The translations under genes were made by a program, and so were the position numbers. Shown here piece after piece: positions 35,765-47,774 of a DNA stretch of 64,000 nucleotides. The notes under the pieces were generated by a model that had not been told where the DNA came from, made no database searches, and saw only the letters and a list, made by a program, of their open reading frames with translations. Positions within the stretch are counted from its first letter, which is position 1. The number at the start of each line of letters is the position of its first letter. Source of the stretch: Utricularia gibba (Eukaryota > Plantae > Magnoliophyta); the NCBI GenBank assembly GCA_002189035.1, contig NEEC01000015.1, positions 806,001-870,000 of the forward strand, read 5' to 3'.

Positions 35765-36153
35765 GTATTAGGGAAGACATGCAAGAAGACGAATTTTTGG
35801 GATTCATGCAGAATTTTTTAAATACCTAGTGTGTGGGACGGCCCCATAGGCAGGCCATCCGGGTGTATTACAAATATCACACGGACTGGCGGGATGGCCC
35901 ACTCGGAAATGCCGCCACGTGGAGCACGTCATAAAGAATACCCTTTGACAAAAGTCACCTCGGGTTCGTCCTGCTAATAAAGGAAAATCCAATTAATACT
36001 TGTACAAAAATGTTATATTTTTTTTTCTGTGAATATTACATCAATTTTCGCAATCTAATTCCTAAACCCACAACAAGGTAATGAAAACATACTCTACCCA
36101 ATGTGGACCTTGTATTTCAAAATAACAATTCCCGTGTTGTATAATATCAATCT

Positions 36154-37582
36154 CGATAAACAAATTGTACATCAAAACTTGACCACTATCTTTTAGAATA
36201 TAGATAAATGGATGATGACCTTTTAACACTTGCTCACTGTTAAGTGTCATTTTCTTACTAATTCTTAGGTTATTTTTATGCTTAATTATGATTAGGATTG
36301 TTTAATTAAGAATCTATAATATGAGATTTAAGTTTTTATCTAGTTTAAAGTAATTATCCTAAATCTTGTATTTTATGTAATAATTTTACTAATTTTAATT
36401 GAGTTATTCTAGAGTTGCACACGTGGCAGGAAGTAAGATAAATAGGGTATTAGATGGCGACAAATTGAATCTTCCCGAGCTAACATTCCCTTGATTTCCT
36501 GAAGATTGCAGACGCCTAATCATGAGCCTTGGCGTGCGGAACATGGGAGTTTTTGACATGCGGCATCATTAGCGTACCAGTGTCAGACGTTGCTTGCAAG
36601 TCATCCCAAATTCAGCAGAATCATAGGGCACGAAAGCTCAGACTCTTAATGAAGTTCAGTTTTGATCAGACAAGTTTAGTTTACTTTAGTTTAGTTTTCC
36701 CTTTTGTTTTACTCTCTCTAGAGGATTTTTCTTCTAGCTTCTCTTTGGAACTTTGTTTGTGTTTTCTTTATTTTGTATGGCCGTTCGTGGCTAGAACTTT
36801 CGTTTCTGGTTGGAACACCCCCAGATCTATGTTTCGTTACCTTATCTTCACACTTTCTCTGAATCCGAACGGGTTTCGTATGTCTTCGCGTGACTATGTT
36901 GCAGTCTTTCTGTAACAATCCTTTTATTCATGATTCATGGTTAGCTGATCACTACTCGTGGATTTTAGAGAGGAACAAGGTGGAAAGCACCAACTCCAGC
37001 CCTTTTGGCAGGAGGAAGACAACGTTTTGTCTGTGGCCGTACCTTAGAATCAATCGGCAGGTAGTGACCTTGTATTTGGTCTCATTGGGTCATTAGCAAC
37101 ACTCGGGCACATGCGCGCAATTCGGCCGTGAGGGTACGTTGGAAGGACCTCTTATTCTCACGTTCATCCAAGGAGGAGCAACATCGGGCTATTCCCGTGC
37201 CTTCTTGCAAGAGAGTGTAAGGGAAAATAGGCAATTCCTTACTCCTATAACCGAGTACTCGAGAAGACCATGGAAGAGTGAAGATGCAACGAGCATAGCT
37301 AGACAGTATTTCAAACCAAGGAACATTTACTTTATTTAAGGTTGATCGCTTACGTTTACTTCTGCTGTTTGTTTAAAACTCTCTTACCCCTTACTCAATC
37401 TTCATCATTTACGTTTCTCGCACCTTTTACTTCCAAACCCGTTTATAAATCGTGACAGTTGTATTCGGTGTATCTCATCTTTCACTTAAAAACAACTTCC
37501 TGTGTTTGACACCCGTACTACGCTTTTATGTTTTATGAATTTTAAAAATATTTAAATTTGTTGTGGAAAACAACACACATCA
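36154..37582 (+). mobile_element. LTR-like repeat copy 1 (~1.4 kb; resembles an Athila/Tat-type gypsy LTR)
   Basis: Collinear with 38731-40151 along its length; ends ...CATCA with a TGT(G)TT(T/C)GACACCCGTACTAC 3' motif; start CGATAAAC is approximate; no TSD. Confidence 0.55.
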
Positions 37583-37899
37583 TGGATAATCTTTATTTAA
37601 TAATTTTAATGTTACAAATATAAATTTCCAAAACAAAATTCATTTATGTAAATATTACAAAAAAATTTGTACATAAATGACTTTTTATGTACAAAAAAAA
37701 TATTAATTATGATATTTATAATATAATATATACATATAAAAAGTAAGATATATAATTTTAAAATTCTAATATAAACAGTTCACATGATGAATAATTTTTT
37801 AAAGAGTGTTTTTTATAATGGTAACTTTTCAAAATGACTCACGGCCACATAGTGTGTGAGCCCTACTTACACCGACTTGCAGCATGCCTACTCTACCCT

Positions 37900-38143
37900 G
37901 GGCCGATTACCATTAGATGTCGACATATAGAGCATGTTATAGAAACCGCGATTCAACGAAGGACAAGTAGCCGTCCACGTGTGGATAATTAGACTAGTAT
38001 ATATAGCACCAGATGCGAAGCCTATATAAAATCAACTAGTCTATTTTCATTTTATTATCCACACATGGACTGGGGGGTGTCCTTCCTTGAAGCGCCGTCT
38101 CTATCACATGCTCTATATGCTGGCACCTGGTGGTAACTGGCCC
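37900..38143. repeat. Long inverted repeat / foldback (~95-bp arms)
   Basis: GGGCCGATTACCATTAGATGTCGACATATAGAGCATGTTATAG...GTGTGGATAAT pairs with the reverse complement of ATTATCCACACATGG...CTATCACATGCTCTATATGCTGGCACCTGGTGGTAACTGGCCC; an inner GACTAGT/ACTAGTC stem extends it. Confidence 0.85.
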
Positions 38144-38520
38144 CTCATTACACTTTCAAAATATAAATTGTTAATTCATGATTCTATTAAATATTCTTAC
38201 CCAAAAGATGGCCCCCCTCATGGGGCCATCACACCAGATTGGGTAGTTGAATAACTTGCCCGCCAATGTATAGATTTCATCTGCCTACATTTTGTGATGC
38301 AAGGTTTAATCATCCCACCTTCTTATATAGTGTTGAGGAGAAAAATCTATATAATAAAAAGTTTATGTTTTTTGAAAAATATTACACTTTAATCATGCGC
38401 ATTACAAAACTCATAACATTGCACTAGTAATTCTAAAAAAATTGTAATATATATTTTGTAATTTCACTTTAACAAAAGTCGCTATGTTGTGTAAATAATC
38501 TGAAAAAAGTTGTAATATGT
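38010..38520. repeat. Dispersed repeat copy B (homologous to ~34165-34760)
   Basis: Same-orientation similarity from GCGAAGCCTATATA through CATTACAAAACTCATAACATTGC to GAAAAAAGTTGTAATATGT. Confidence 0.75.
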
Positions 38521-38730
38521 GATTTTTGATACTTGAAAAAATTTACTAAGAAATAGCAAGAAATGTTAGAAAAATTTCTATAAAATATTTGAAAAGTCAA
38601 GGGCAAAGAATGAAGTGAAGGGACATGTACAAAATTTCTATAGAATATTTTGTACTAAAGATTAGTATTTGTGTATGAAGTTCAGTAAATCAAATAATAC
38701 TCCTATTAGGTTCATATCCCATTTGTATCT

Positions 38731-40151
38731 TGATAAACATGAATTTTCATATTTTTAAGATATAAAAATTGTAACTTTTTATTATAATTTGAGTGTTGTT
38801 CAGTGTCATTTTATTACTATTTCTTAGGTTATTTTTATGTCTAAATGTACTTAGAAGTGTCTAATTATTAGTCTATAATATGAGATTTAGGTTTTTATCA
38901 AGTTTAGGGTAATTATCCTAAATCTTGTATTTTATCTAATAATTTTGCTAATTTTAATCAAATTTTTCTAGAGGCGCACACGTGACATGAAGTGAGAGAA
39001 CAAGGGCAGCAAATGACGACAAATTAGATCTTCCCGAGCTAACACTCCCTTGATTTCCGGAAGACTGCAAACATCTAATCATGAGCCTTGACGTGCGGAA
39101 CACAGGAGTTTCTGACAGGCGACATCATTAGTGCACAAGTGACAGAGCAGACGTTTGCTTGCAAGTCACCCCAAGATCAGCAGAACCACAAGGACATGAA
39201 AACTCAGACAAGATGGTTCAACTCAGTTCAGTTGGAGGAAGCAGAGAGTAGAGTAGTTAGTTTAGTTTAGACTTTTGCTTTTTTCTCTAGAGGATTTTCC
39301 TCTAGCTTCCCTCTAGAACCTTATTTTTGTTTTCTTTAGTTTATATGACCGTTCGCGGCTAAGAACTTCCATTTTTGGGTGAGGATACTCCCAGATCTAT
39401 GTTTCGTTAGCTTATCTTCATCTCTTCTTTGAATCTAAACGAGTTCTGTATCTCTTCACGCGACTATGTTGCAGTCTTTCTATAACAATCCCCTTATTCA
39501 AGATTCATGGTTAGCTGATCATTACCCACAGGTTTTGAAGAGGAGCAATGTGGAGAGCACCAACTCATGCCATTTTTGGCAGGAGTAAGACAATATTCTG
39601 TCTATGGTCGTATCTCAGGATCAATGGACAGATAGTGACATCGTATCTGAACTTATTGGGTCATTGGCAACACTCGGGCACACGCGTACAACTCGACTGA
39701 TGGTATATTGGCAGGACCTCTTATTCTCACGTTCGTCCAAGGAGGAGTAACATCGGGTTATTCTCGTGCTTTCTTGCAAGAGAGTGTAAGAGAGGGTAGG
39801 CATTCCTTATTTCTATAACCGAGTACTCAAGAAGACCAGAGAAGAGTGAAGATGTAACGGATATAGCTGGGCAGAATTCCAAACCTAGGAACATTTACTT
39901 TATTTAAGGTTAATCGTTTACGTTTACTTTTTATATTTGTTTAAAACCCTCTTACCCCCTTACTCATGCTTCGTTATTTACGTTTTTTGCACCTTTTACT
40001 TCCAAAACCGTTTACAAATCGTGACAGTTATATCTGGTGTACTTCAACTTTCACTCAAAAACAACTCCCTATGTTCGACACCCGTACTACGCTTTTGTGT
40101 TTTACGAGTTTTAAAAATATTTAAATTTGTTGTGGAAAACAACATGCATCA
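38731..40151 (+). mobile_element. LTR-like repeat copy 2 (~1.4 kb)
   Basis: TGAT...ATCA termini; shares CTTCCCGAGCTAACA, CTATGTTGCAGTCTTTCT, AAGAGAGTGTAAG and AGGAACATTTACTTTATTTAAGGTT with copy 1; no TSD, PBS or PPT recognised. Confidence 0.6.
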
Positions 40152-40717
40152 AGTGTTTATAGTGACATTTTCAGTGCTTTGCTAAGGTTTATGAATAATT
40201 GTCATTTTGTGTGAATGTGAGGATTTAGGCCACCATATATATTAACCAACTTTAAGTCCAATAGCAAAGTTTTAAAACTAGAGACATGACATAAATTTCA
40301 TGCAGAAACCAATCAGCAGGACATGTAGCACAAAGAGGGAAGTCAATGAGTGCAATTTTCATCGCCTCATATTATAGATTCAAAATAGGAACAACATGGT
40401 TGTAAGAAACTATACTTGTATTGGAAAATGATAAGAAGAGAAATATAGATTTTTTGGACAGAGACCAACCACGAAAAAAGAGTGTGAGGGATGAGGTGGG
40501 GAGAGAATACAATGATCAGTAGGATATGATTTTCAGCAGAAGAACCTTTAACTTAAAGTTGATAATTGAAAACCCATTTTATCACTAATAGATCATAAAT
40601 ATTAGCACACAAAAGATAAAAATTTATTTCTTTTTTTTTTTTCTAGTTTGCTGAATATTCTATCTTTGCAGTGTTCCTCTTATGATATTTCTTACAATTT
40701 CTTCAGTTTATGTCTTT

Positions 40718-41103
40718 GCACGAAGTGAGCTCCTCCAAGCCTTGAAAATCATGCAAATCAAGCAGCTTCAAGAGCTTATCAATCATTAAAACGAGCCGTG
40801 GCTCAGGTAGAGTTGACGTCGATGTCCAACTGCTCGATAAGCCTCTGCTTTTAGGCCCTGATACATAGCCAATATACGGAAGATGCATTTTGCCGTCGAA
40901 GGAAATAGGCGCTGCAACTATTATAATGAATTAAATTAAAATATTTATAAAACAAAATAATAATTATTTATTTTTAGAAATGTCATAATTTTTTTAATAA
41001 AAAATATTAAATTGAATCAAGGACACTGGCCTCCACTCCTTCCGTACATCTCTAATATATTTTTTTTATTTCTAAATTTTGAATTATTTATGATTAATAT
41101 TTT
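40718..41103 (+). pseudogene. Duplicated 3' fragment of XBAT31 (last ~50 codons plus 3' UTR/flank), non-coding
   Basis: Aligns to 32970-33337 (GCACGAAGTGAGCTCCTCCAAGCC...TTTAGGCCCTGATACATAG...CCGTACATCTCTAATAT); an in-frame TGA follows HEVSSSKP. Confidence 0.9.
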
Positions 41104-41257
41104 CTTTTCTATGTTTTGAGCCGGCCCATTTAAAGAAGCGTTGGGCTGGTTTGATTAATTATCGAACGTTGCCTTTTAGGGTACCCAATGCTGCCGAACC
41201 GCAAGCTGCACGCGGATGTCTTAAACCCTAGCTGGGGTGCGAGTGTCGTCGGCGATC

Positions 41258-41958
41258 ATGGATAGCTGTTCTGTACCTGGAGGCATTTCATCTCTTTCCG
41301 AAGCAGACAATGATCGAATCGCAAAAATGATAGATCAGTTTCAGACGCGGGACAGGTAAAAGGGTTTTGAGCTGTGTAGTGTTTTTGGCCCGTTCGTGAT
41401 TTGGGAGGCTTGGTGATCTTTGAACGACGCTTGCGTGAGTGTAGGTTGCTTCAGAGAATTTAGGTTGCATGAATTTGTTAGATGTTATGCAACTTTGTAC
41501 ATGAAGCTATAACGAGCATTCTCCTTATAAACCAGGGCATCATTTGTTTTTACTGTGCATCTGGACGTTAAGGGAATGACACTTTTTATTCAAGATTATG
41601 AATCTTGTGTGAACGCTGTTTTTGTTCTTTCATTGATGCGAATAGACATACTCTGAATCGGCGAAAATGTTTGGCGATTGCTACTGAGTTTGTATGTGGT
41701 TTCTTGTCATGTTTCCATTATTTTTCTTTGGTGTTACACTGATGCTTCATGATTTGTGTTTCCAGTCTGAAGACATACAATATGCTTGTAGAGCGATGCT
41801 TCAACGGTTGTGTGCACAGCTTTTACCGCAAGTCCCTGGGCAAACAAGAAGAGAACTGTGTCAGGCACTGCGTTGAAAAGTTTCTTAGGCTTTCTATGAG
41901 GGTGTCAATACAGTTTGCTGAAATGAATCAGGCACAGCAGGATGGGTATCATGCCTGA
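41258..41958 (+). CDS. TIM9: Mitochondrial small Tim chaperone, TIM9-like; exons 41258-41355, 41766-41958
   Basis: MIDQFQTRDSLKTYNMLVERCFNGC...KSLGKQEENCVRHCVEKFL; twin CX3C motif; telo-box at 41223-41230. Confidence 0.88.
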
Positions 41959-42498
41959 TGCTTTCACGAGTTCTGGAAGTTCATGTCCTCATCAACACCT
42001 AGCTATTGCTGTAGCACACGGTGCAAGGGAAGGGAAAATCTACGGTTGCATGAAGATAGCATTATTTGTTATTCTTGCAGACCCTTTCTGCTTTCTCCCT
42101 TTCCACAGTGCAAAGCAAAGTTTTATAAAGTGTCACACATCCATGGGATGGAGCGGCAGATGCATTGTGTGGAAGCAACATTCATGGAGACTTAACCAAA
42201 CCAGCTCTAGGTACAGTTCTGATTCGATAGCCTGAGCTCGTGTAACTTTTTGAATGTGCTGGAAGTTTTAAACATATTATGAGAATTCCATTTCTTATTC
42301 CACCAAGAAATCCAAGATTCATATCAATTGTGATTCTGTCACATTCTAATGCACAGTAGTCGATGAATGTTTGGTACATAAGAATCAGACGGGTACAAAG
42401 CTATTTGCAAAAAGAGAAAAAGTACAAAAATCTTATTTGTTTGATTGAACCAGCGAAAGTAAAAATTTGCATTCTCAGATCCGGCTTGTACTTCCCAT

Positions 42499-43438
42499 CT
42501 AATGATCTCTGATTGAACGAAGGGATTGATGTGCTACACAACTATGTGAAGGAGAATATGTTTGTGTGTCAGGAGACACTATTCTTTTGCAGGGAGTTTC
42601 CCATTTGGCTGCTAAATAATTCAAGGATCTCCAAGGAGGAAGAGGCATTGAGTTTTGTGTGAGAGAGCATGTTGCTGCATCCACCATGATTCGAAGAATC
42701 TGCTTTAGCTTTGCCATGTTTCCAACGAAGATCGGGGGAAGAGAATCAAGGACTGTGCTGTATGGCTGCACGGCTCGAGCTATCTGAAAATGGCGTCGGA
42801 AATCAACCTCGATAATGCATTTCTCTGGTTCTCCATAGCCCCTCTGGTCTAACACATCTATATACTCATGCTGCCCTGAGATTTGATGATAATTAGGGAA
42901 TAACTGCTGACAATCTAGGGCATGTTTTTGAACAGGTTAAGCTACCTCCAGGGTATTTGCCAACGCCTTCCCATTTGGAAACGCACAGAGCTGCATTGTA
43001 ACCAGATGATCGCAGGGCCTTCACCAAGGAATGCAGAACGCCGTTTGAGTCGCAAGGCCCCCGCATTTCGAACTGCGCCGACTCCGGCATCGAGAGAATC
43101 TGCGACCTGGTTACCTCCATCAGTTCGTTCTCATATTTATCCGATGATCGCAAGCAGACCTGCAAGTTCAGCACCACCGTATTCCTCAGAGAAGGCTCTA
43201 CCATTTCCGATAACGCTGCCGATCAATCTACTGCTGTTATACAACTAACCGAAATCCTTTCAGCGTGGTACAGAAGGTCAGAGAAACCGCCATCGGAATC
43301 GGGACTGCACCACGGCTCCATCGTGTCGGCGCTTCCGATCTCTAGGAAGTCTTCCACCATGGCAGCCAAATCCAGGTCGCTCCCCGTCCTCGGGTATGAG
43401 TGCCGCCTGGCAGCGGCGGCCGGTTCTCGGCTCCGCAT
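42499..43438 (-). CDS. DUF506 (plant PD-(D/E)XK-like) family protein; exons 43438-43250, 43159-42946, 42875-42499
   Basis: DLAAMVEDFLE, LRSSGYNAALCVSKW, PGGQHEYIDV, IIEVDFRRHFQIAR, LPPIFVG, MPLPPWRSLNYLAAKW. The start codon and the extreme C-terminus are less certain. Confidence 0.88.
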
Positions 43439-44590
43439 CCCCGAGTCCTGGATGTTGAACGGTTGAGCAGTGGCGTGCTTTGAAGAGGTTTTAAAAAGAA
43501 GCGCGTTGGGCGAGCAGTTGACCAAGTTCCAGGGAAACTTCCCAAACGCGTTTCCTCAGAAAACAGTTTGGGAGGCTATAAATAGAATATTAAGTGCATC
43601 CTCAAGATAATAATAGTTTTATTCATTTTCATTGCGTTAATTTATTATGAAAATGAACATTTTATTAATTAAATTCTCCACTTTATTCATGACCTTGACA
43701 TTCATCAGTGTGAGTGCAATTATTTTCTAATCTAAAATTGAAAAGGAAAATAATAAATATTTTTTTAGTTGTGCATTAACTTCATTTTTACTTGTAATTT
43801 TATCAAAATATTTTTAATTTATTCCTCAATTTTGAAATTTATTTTTATTTCCAGAAATTTCATCTTAAAATTTTATTATTATTATTTTAAAAAATGAGTG
43901 GTAAAAAAAATTAGTAATTTAATTTTGGGTTAAACCCTGTCTACCGACGCTTCCCCTGCCACCTTTCGTAGCGTTCGCAATTCACTGACTGGGGCTTTTT
44001 CAGCGTTTATTAGGTGAGTGCTTGGGTTTTAGGTTGGGATCAGGTGACGGAGTAAGGTTTTGAGGTTCTTTTTTTCTTGGAATTGGTTGTCATCAGGTGA
44101 CTACGGTTTTTCCATTGACGACAAAACCCATTGGGTAATGTTTCGTTCTTTTGCGCTATCTATGGTCATCTTAAAGTAGCCGATAGTTCTTTCATTTTCT
44201 TTTTGCGTAGGGTTCATCTCGTTGCGAAATCCATCATTTTTACCTAATTATGGACAGTAAAGTGGCACAGGAGCTGAAATGAATCTGCTAAAGTGTTTCC
44301 TAGTAGCTCGTTCTCCGGCGTTTAATCAGTGTGCGTCGAAGGCTTTTCTGGGAATTTGATTTTGTTATCAGTGTGAATGATGTGCAACAAAAATTCTGGT
44401 CATTTTGGTTTCAATTTCATGCTTGTATAAATGGATTGATACAAACAAATTCTTCATTTGGGATTTTCATTATGTTTGATGGAGATATGGTAAGCTTCTT
44501 TACGATCTTATTTCCTTAATGTACTTTTCAGTTGCCTATTACCTTCGGTTATGATCTTTTTTTGTCTCCTTCATTTGTCAGCAGTGGAAG

Positions 44591-47377
44591 ATGTCTCATG
44601 CAAGAGACTGGAAGCATGCCAGGGAATCAGAGATCTACGATCTGAAATTCAAGTATTATAACGAGTTAATTAATGAAAAAGTCAGGTGCATTAGTTCTAG
44701 GGGGTACTTCTATTGCCCTTATTGTCAGACTGATCGAAGGTATGAGCTGACTGAGTTAAAATCTCATGCATCTCGGATTTCTCGAGAATCAAAAAGTGCC
44801 AGTTTCAGGGACAAGGTAAAACATATGGGGTTGCTTGATTATCTGGATGTTCATAGGTCCTCAGAGTTGAAACTTGGGAAATGTATGGAGGAAGGTAGTA
44901 AGAATGAGCTCAATCGTGGAGATGCAAGTACATGTGTATCTAATCATCCGAAGGCTGTGGACATTAAACCTGGGGGAATTTATGAAGAATCAGTGCAACG
45001 TGATTCAAATAATAAGAAATCGAGCAAAACGTCCATGAGGTTTGAGTTTGCTACCCGAAAAGAACATGGAAGTAAAGATGAACTGATGGTGTGGCCTTGG
45101 ATGGCGATTGTTGCCAATATCCCTGTTCAGTTAGTTAATGGAAAATATGTGGGTGAAAGTGGCAATAAGATAAAAGAGGAATTTCTTCGTGAAGGACTCA
45201 ATCCTTTAAAAGTCCATCCCTTATGGGATTACAGTGGCCATTCTGGGTTTGCGGTTGTTGATTTCAGTAAAGAGTGGGAAGGTTTCAATGATGCTCTGGC
45301 ATTTGAGAAGGCATTTGAAATGCGTCAGCATGGGAAAAGGGATTGGTATGCAGCTACGCATAAGGGAGACATGCTATATGGGTGGCTTGCACGTGAAGAA
45401 GAATATCGGTTGAAGGGACCCATAGGTAAGCATCTCCAAAAGAACGGGGACCTCCAAACAGTTTCAGAGATTCAAAAAGATAATCAGAGGAAGGAAAAAT
45501 CCCTTCTGAACAATTTAGCCAATGTGTTGTCGTCAAAGGATGAGAAATGCAAGGAGATAAAGTGGAAGATTACAAAGAAAGACAATTTCATCAAAAAGCT
45601 GTTGATGATGATGGAGGAGATGACTGAAAATTACAACAAAGGTTCTCCATTAATTTCTGCTGTTCTATTCCATTTCTTATTTCAATATGCTGCAACTAAG
45701 AATCATCCCTTGTCTAACTATTGTGAAAGAGATGAAAAAGATCCAGGATAATGAATCTGATCGGCTACGGAAAATTTCAGAGGATCATATGAGAAGTAAA
45801 TCCCATCTGGAGGCGCGGAGACAACAACTGAAGTCATGGGAAAAGGAATTGAATAAACTTCAAGTTCTGAATGAGAGTGCATGGAGGAAGCTAGATAAAC
45901 AAAAGAAAATGGTACCTTTTTTCCCTGTTTATTAGTTTTCCTGTCCCAATTGCTAAGCAAAGTCGCAGATGATATCAAGATTCACTTCTTACTACTTTCA
46001 CTTTCGTGTTTCAAGTATTCTCATTGTGTGACAGTGTGCAGACCTGGTCAAATGAATTATTCCCGTTTTGCTTTAACTTATATAATATATTCTGCTTTAA
46101 AACTACTATTTCATGAACGTGTCATCCTGATGCTGTGCAGAATGAGATGGCAATTATGGAACAAAAAAAGGCTGATGAGAAAATGGAAAAGCTTGCACAG
46201 GAACACAAGGTGTGGCTTAGCTCGTGTATTTAACTTCTTGACCCTTGTGACACAATAAATGCTGAGGCTTTTCCTCGAATTTCAGGAAGAGAAAGAGCGT
46301 CTGCAAAAAAAGATTATCGAACTAGAGAAAATGTTTGATCATAAACAGGCCCTGGAATTGCAGATAGAGCGCATAAGGGGTGATCTTGAGGTGAGGAAAT
46401 GTATCATTGCCCAAGGAGAAACTGAAGAGATAGAAAAGATGAATGCAATCAAAGGGGAACTTAATAGCATGGAAGAGGAACTAGAAATGCTGGACTCTCT
46501 TACTCAAGCAGTTATAGTAAATGAGAGAAAAGCAAACGATGAGCTGCAAGATGCTCGCAAGGAGCTAATAAAAGTCAGTTCCTATGAACTCCCTGCATTA
46601 TTTTTCATGTTATACGTTATTTGGATAAAAGTATCAATTTTTCTTCTGTTTCTTCTGTTACACAATGGCTCTTAGGCATGACTTGCAGTGCTTGCATCAG
46701 GTGGCCTTGATGCTGAATCAGTGAGCATTCTTGGTTTAAACTGCCTTGTGGTTTGATGCATTGTAAATATCTGTTTGCCTTAGGGATTCAAAGCTAGCAA
46801 AGCTAACATATGTGTTAAACGAATGGGTGAACTTGATGGAAGGCCTTTTATTGCGGCTGCAAAGAGGAACATCACCGGTGAGGAAGATGTAGCAGAAAAA
46901 GCAGCACAGCTGTGCTCCTTGTGGGAAGACAGTCTCCGGGATCCGAACTGGCATCCCTATAAAATGGTTAAGGATGGAGAAAGTTACAAGGTGATGACTT
47001 ATATGACACAGATGCTTGAATATTTTATTTTACCCACCATTCAAGGATTCCTTTCGTGTTCTTTTTCGGAAAAGAAAAAGATATTGGAATTTATGTTTTA
47101 CCCACAACTTTTTGATGTCCACCGCAAATTACACTTTCAGGAGATACTTGACAAAGATGATCAGAAAATAAGGGAACTTGAAGATGATCTGGGTGATGAA
47201 GTGTTTGTGGCTGTGACTACAGCCTTAAAGGAGTTGAATGAGTGTAACCCAAGTGGTAGATATCCGTTGCCCGAGTTGTGGAATCGCAGTGAGAATAGGA
47301 AGGCTTCTGTGATAGAGGGGATTGAATATTTGGTGAAACAGTGGAAGATCCACAAGCCGAAGCGTAAGAGGAACTGA
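44591..47377 (+). CDS. zf-XS/XS/coiled-coil/XH protein (IDN2/FDM-like, RNA-directed DNA methylation); exons 44591-45641, 45730-45911, 46141-46209, 46286-46573, 46784-46990, 47141-47377
   Basis: YCPYC zinc finger, XS domain VWPWMAIVANIP...GHSGFAVVDFSKEWEGF...LYGWLAREEEY, XH domain KRMGELDGRPF...LRDPNWHPYK...YNPSG-like ECNPSGRYPLPELWN; phases verified. Confidence 0.93.
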
Positions 47378-47774
47378 TTGTAAGTACCTTTAACAGCAGG
47401 AACTGATTGCATGTACCTTAACAGCACTTCTCTGATCCTTTGTTTCCCACGTGATATTTGTACTCTTTGATGTGCTCAATGCCAATGGGTTTTTCGGTGC
47501 TTTTAAGCATACCTGCACCCTTTATGTGGTTTGAACCAGAGATGATTTATCGTAGATGATATGCTAAAACTTAAAGCTGCATACGGAACATGAGTTTTAC
47601 GAGGGAAAGGAAAATGAACATAGTTGTGGAAGTTGCAAATCTCAACCTACTCAGCATAATACTGGCTGCAAAGGTTTTGTGCTTCTCAAACTATTTAGGT
47701 AGGTTGAATCCTGCTCAGTTCTTAATTTGCTTCCAAAGGTTTGTTTGCTTCTTCTTGCAGCCCTTAAAGTTGCT

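Noticed and set aside
33500-35800. Clustered GC-rich repeats considered as a possible CRISPR-like array
   Set aside because: The repeats are irregular MITE subterminal motifs without constant repeat-spacer periodicity, the DNA is eukaryotic, and there are no cas genes.
36529-39803. ORFs inside the LTR-like copies (e.g. MACGTWEFLT..., MTCGTQEFLT...)
   Set aside because: They start at non-ATG codons, the frames are not conserved between copies, and they have no gag/pol motifs.
44591-47377. RdDM factor (IDN2/FDM-like) close to the transposon nest as a possible local silencing module
   Set aside because: These proteins act in trans, two unrelated genes intervene, and nothing suggests functional linkage.
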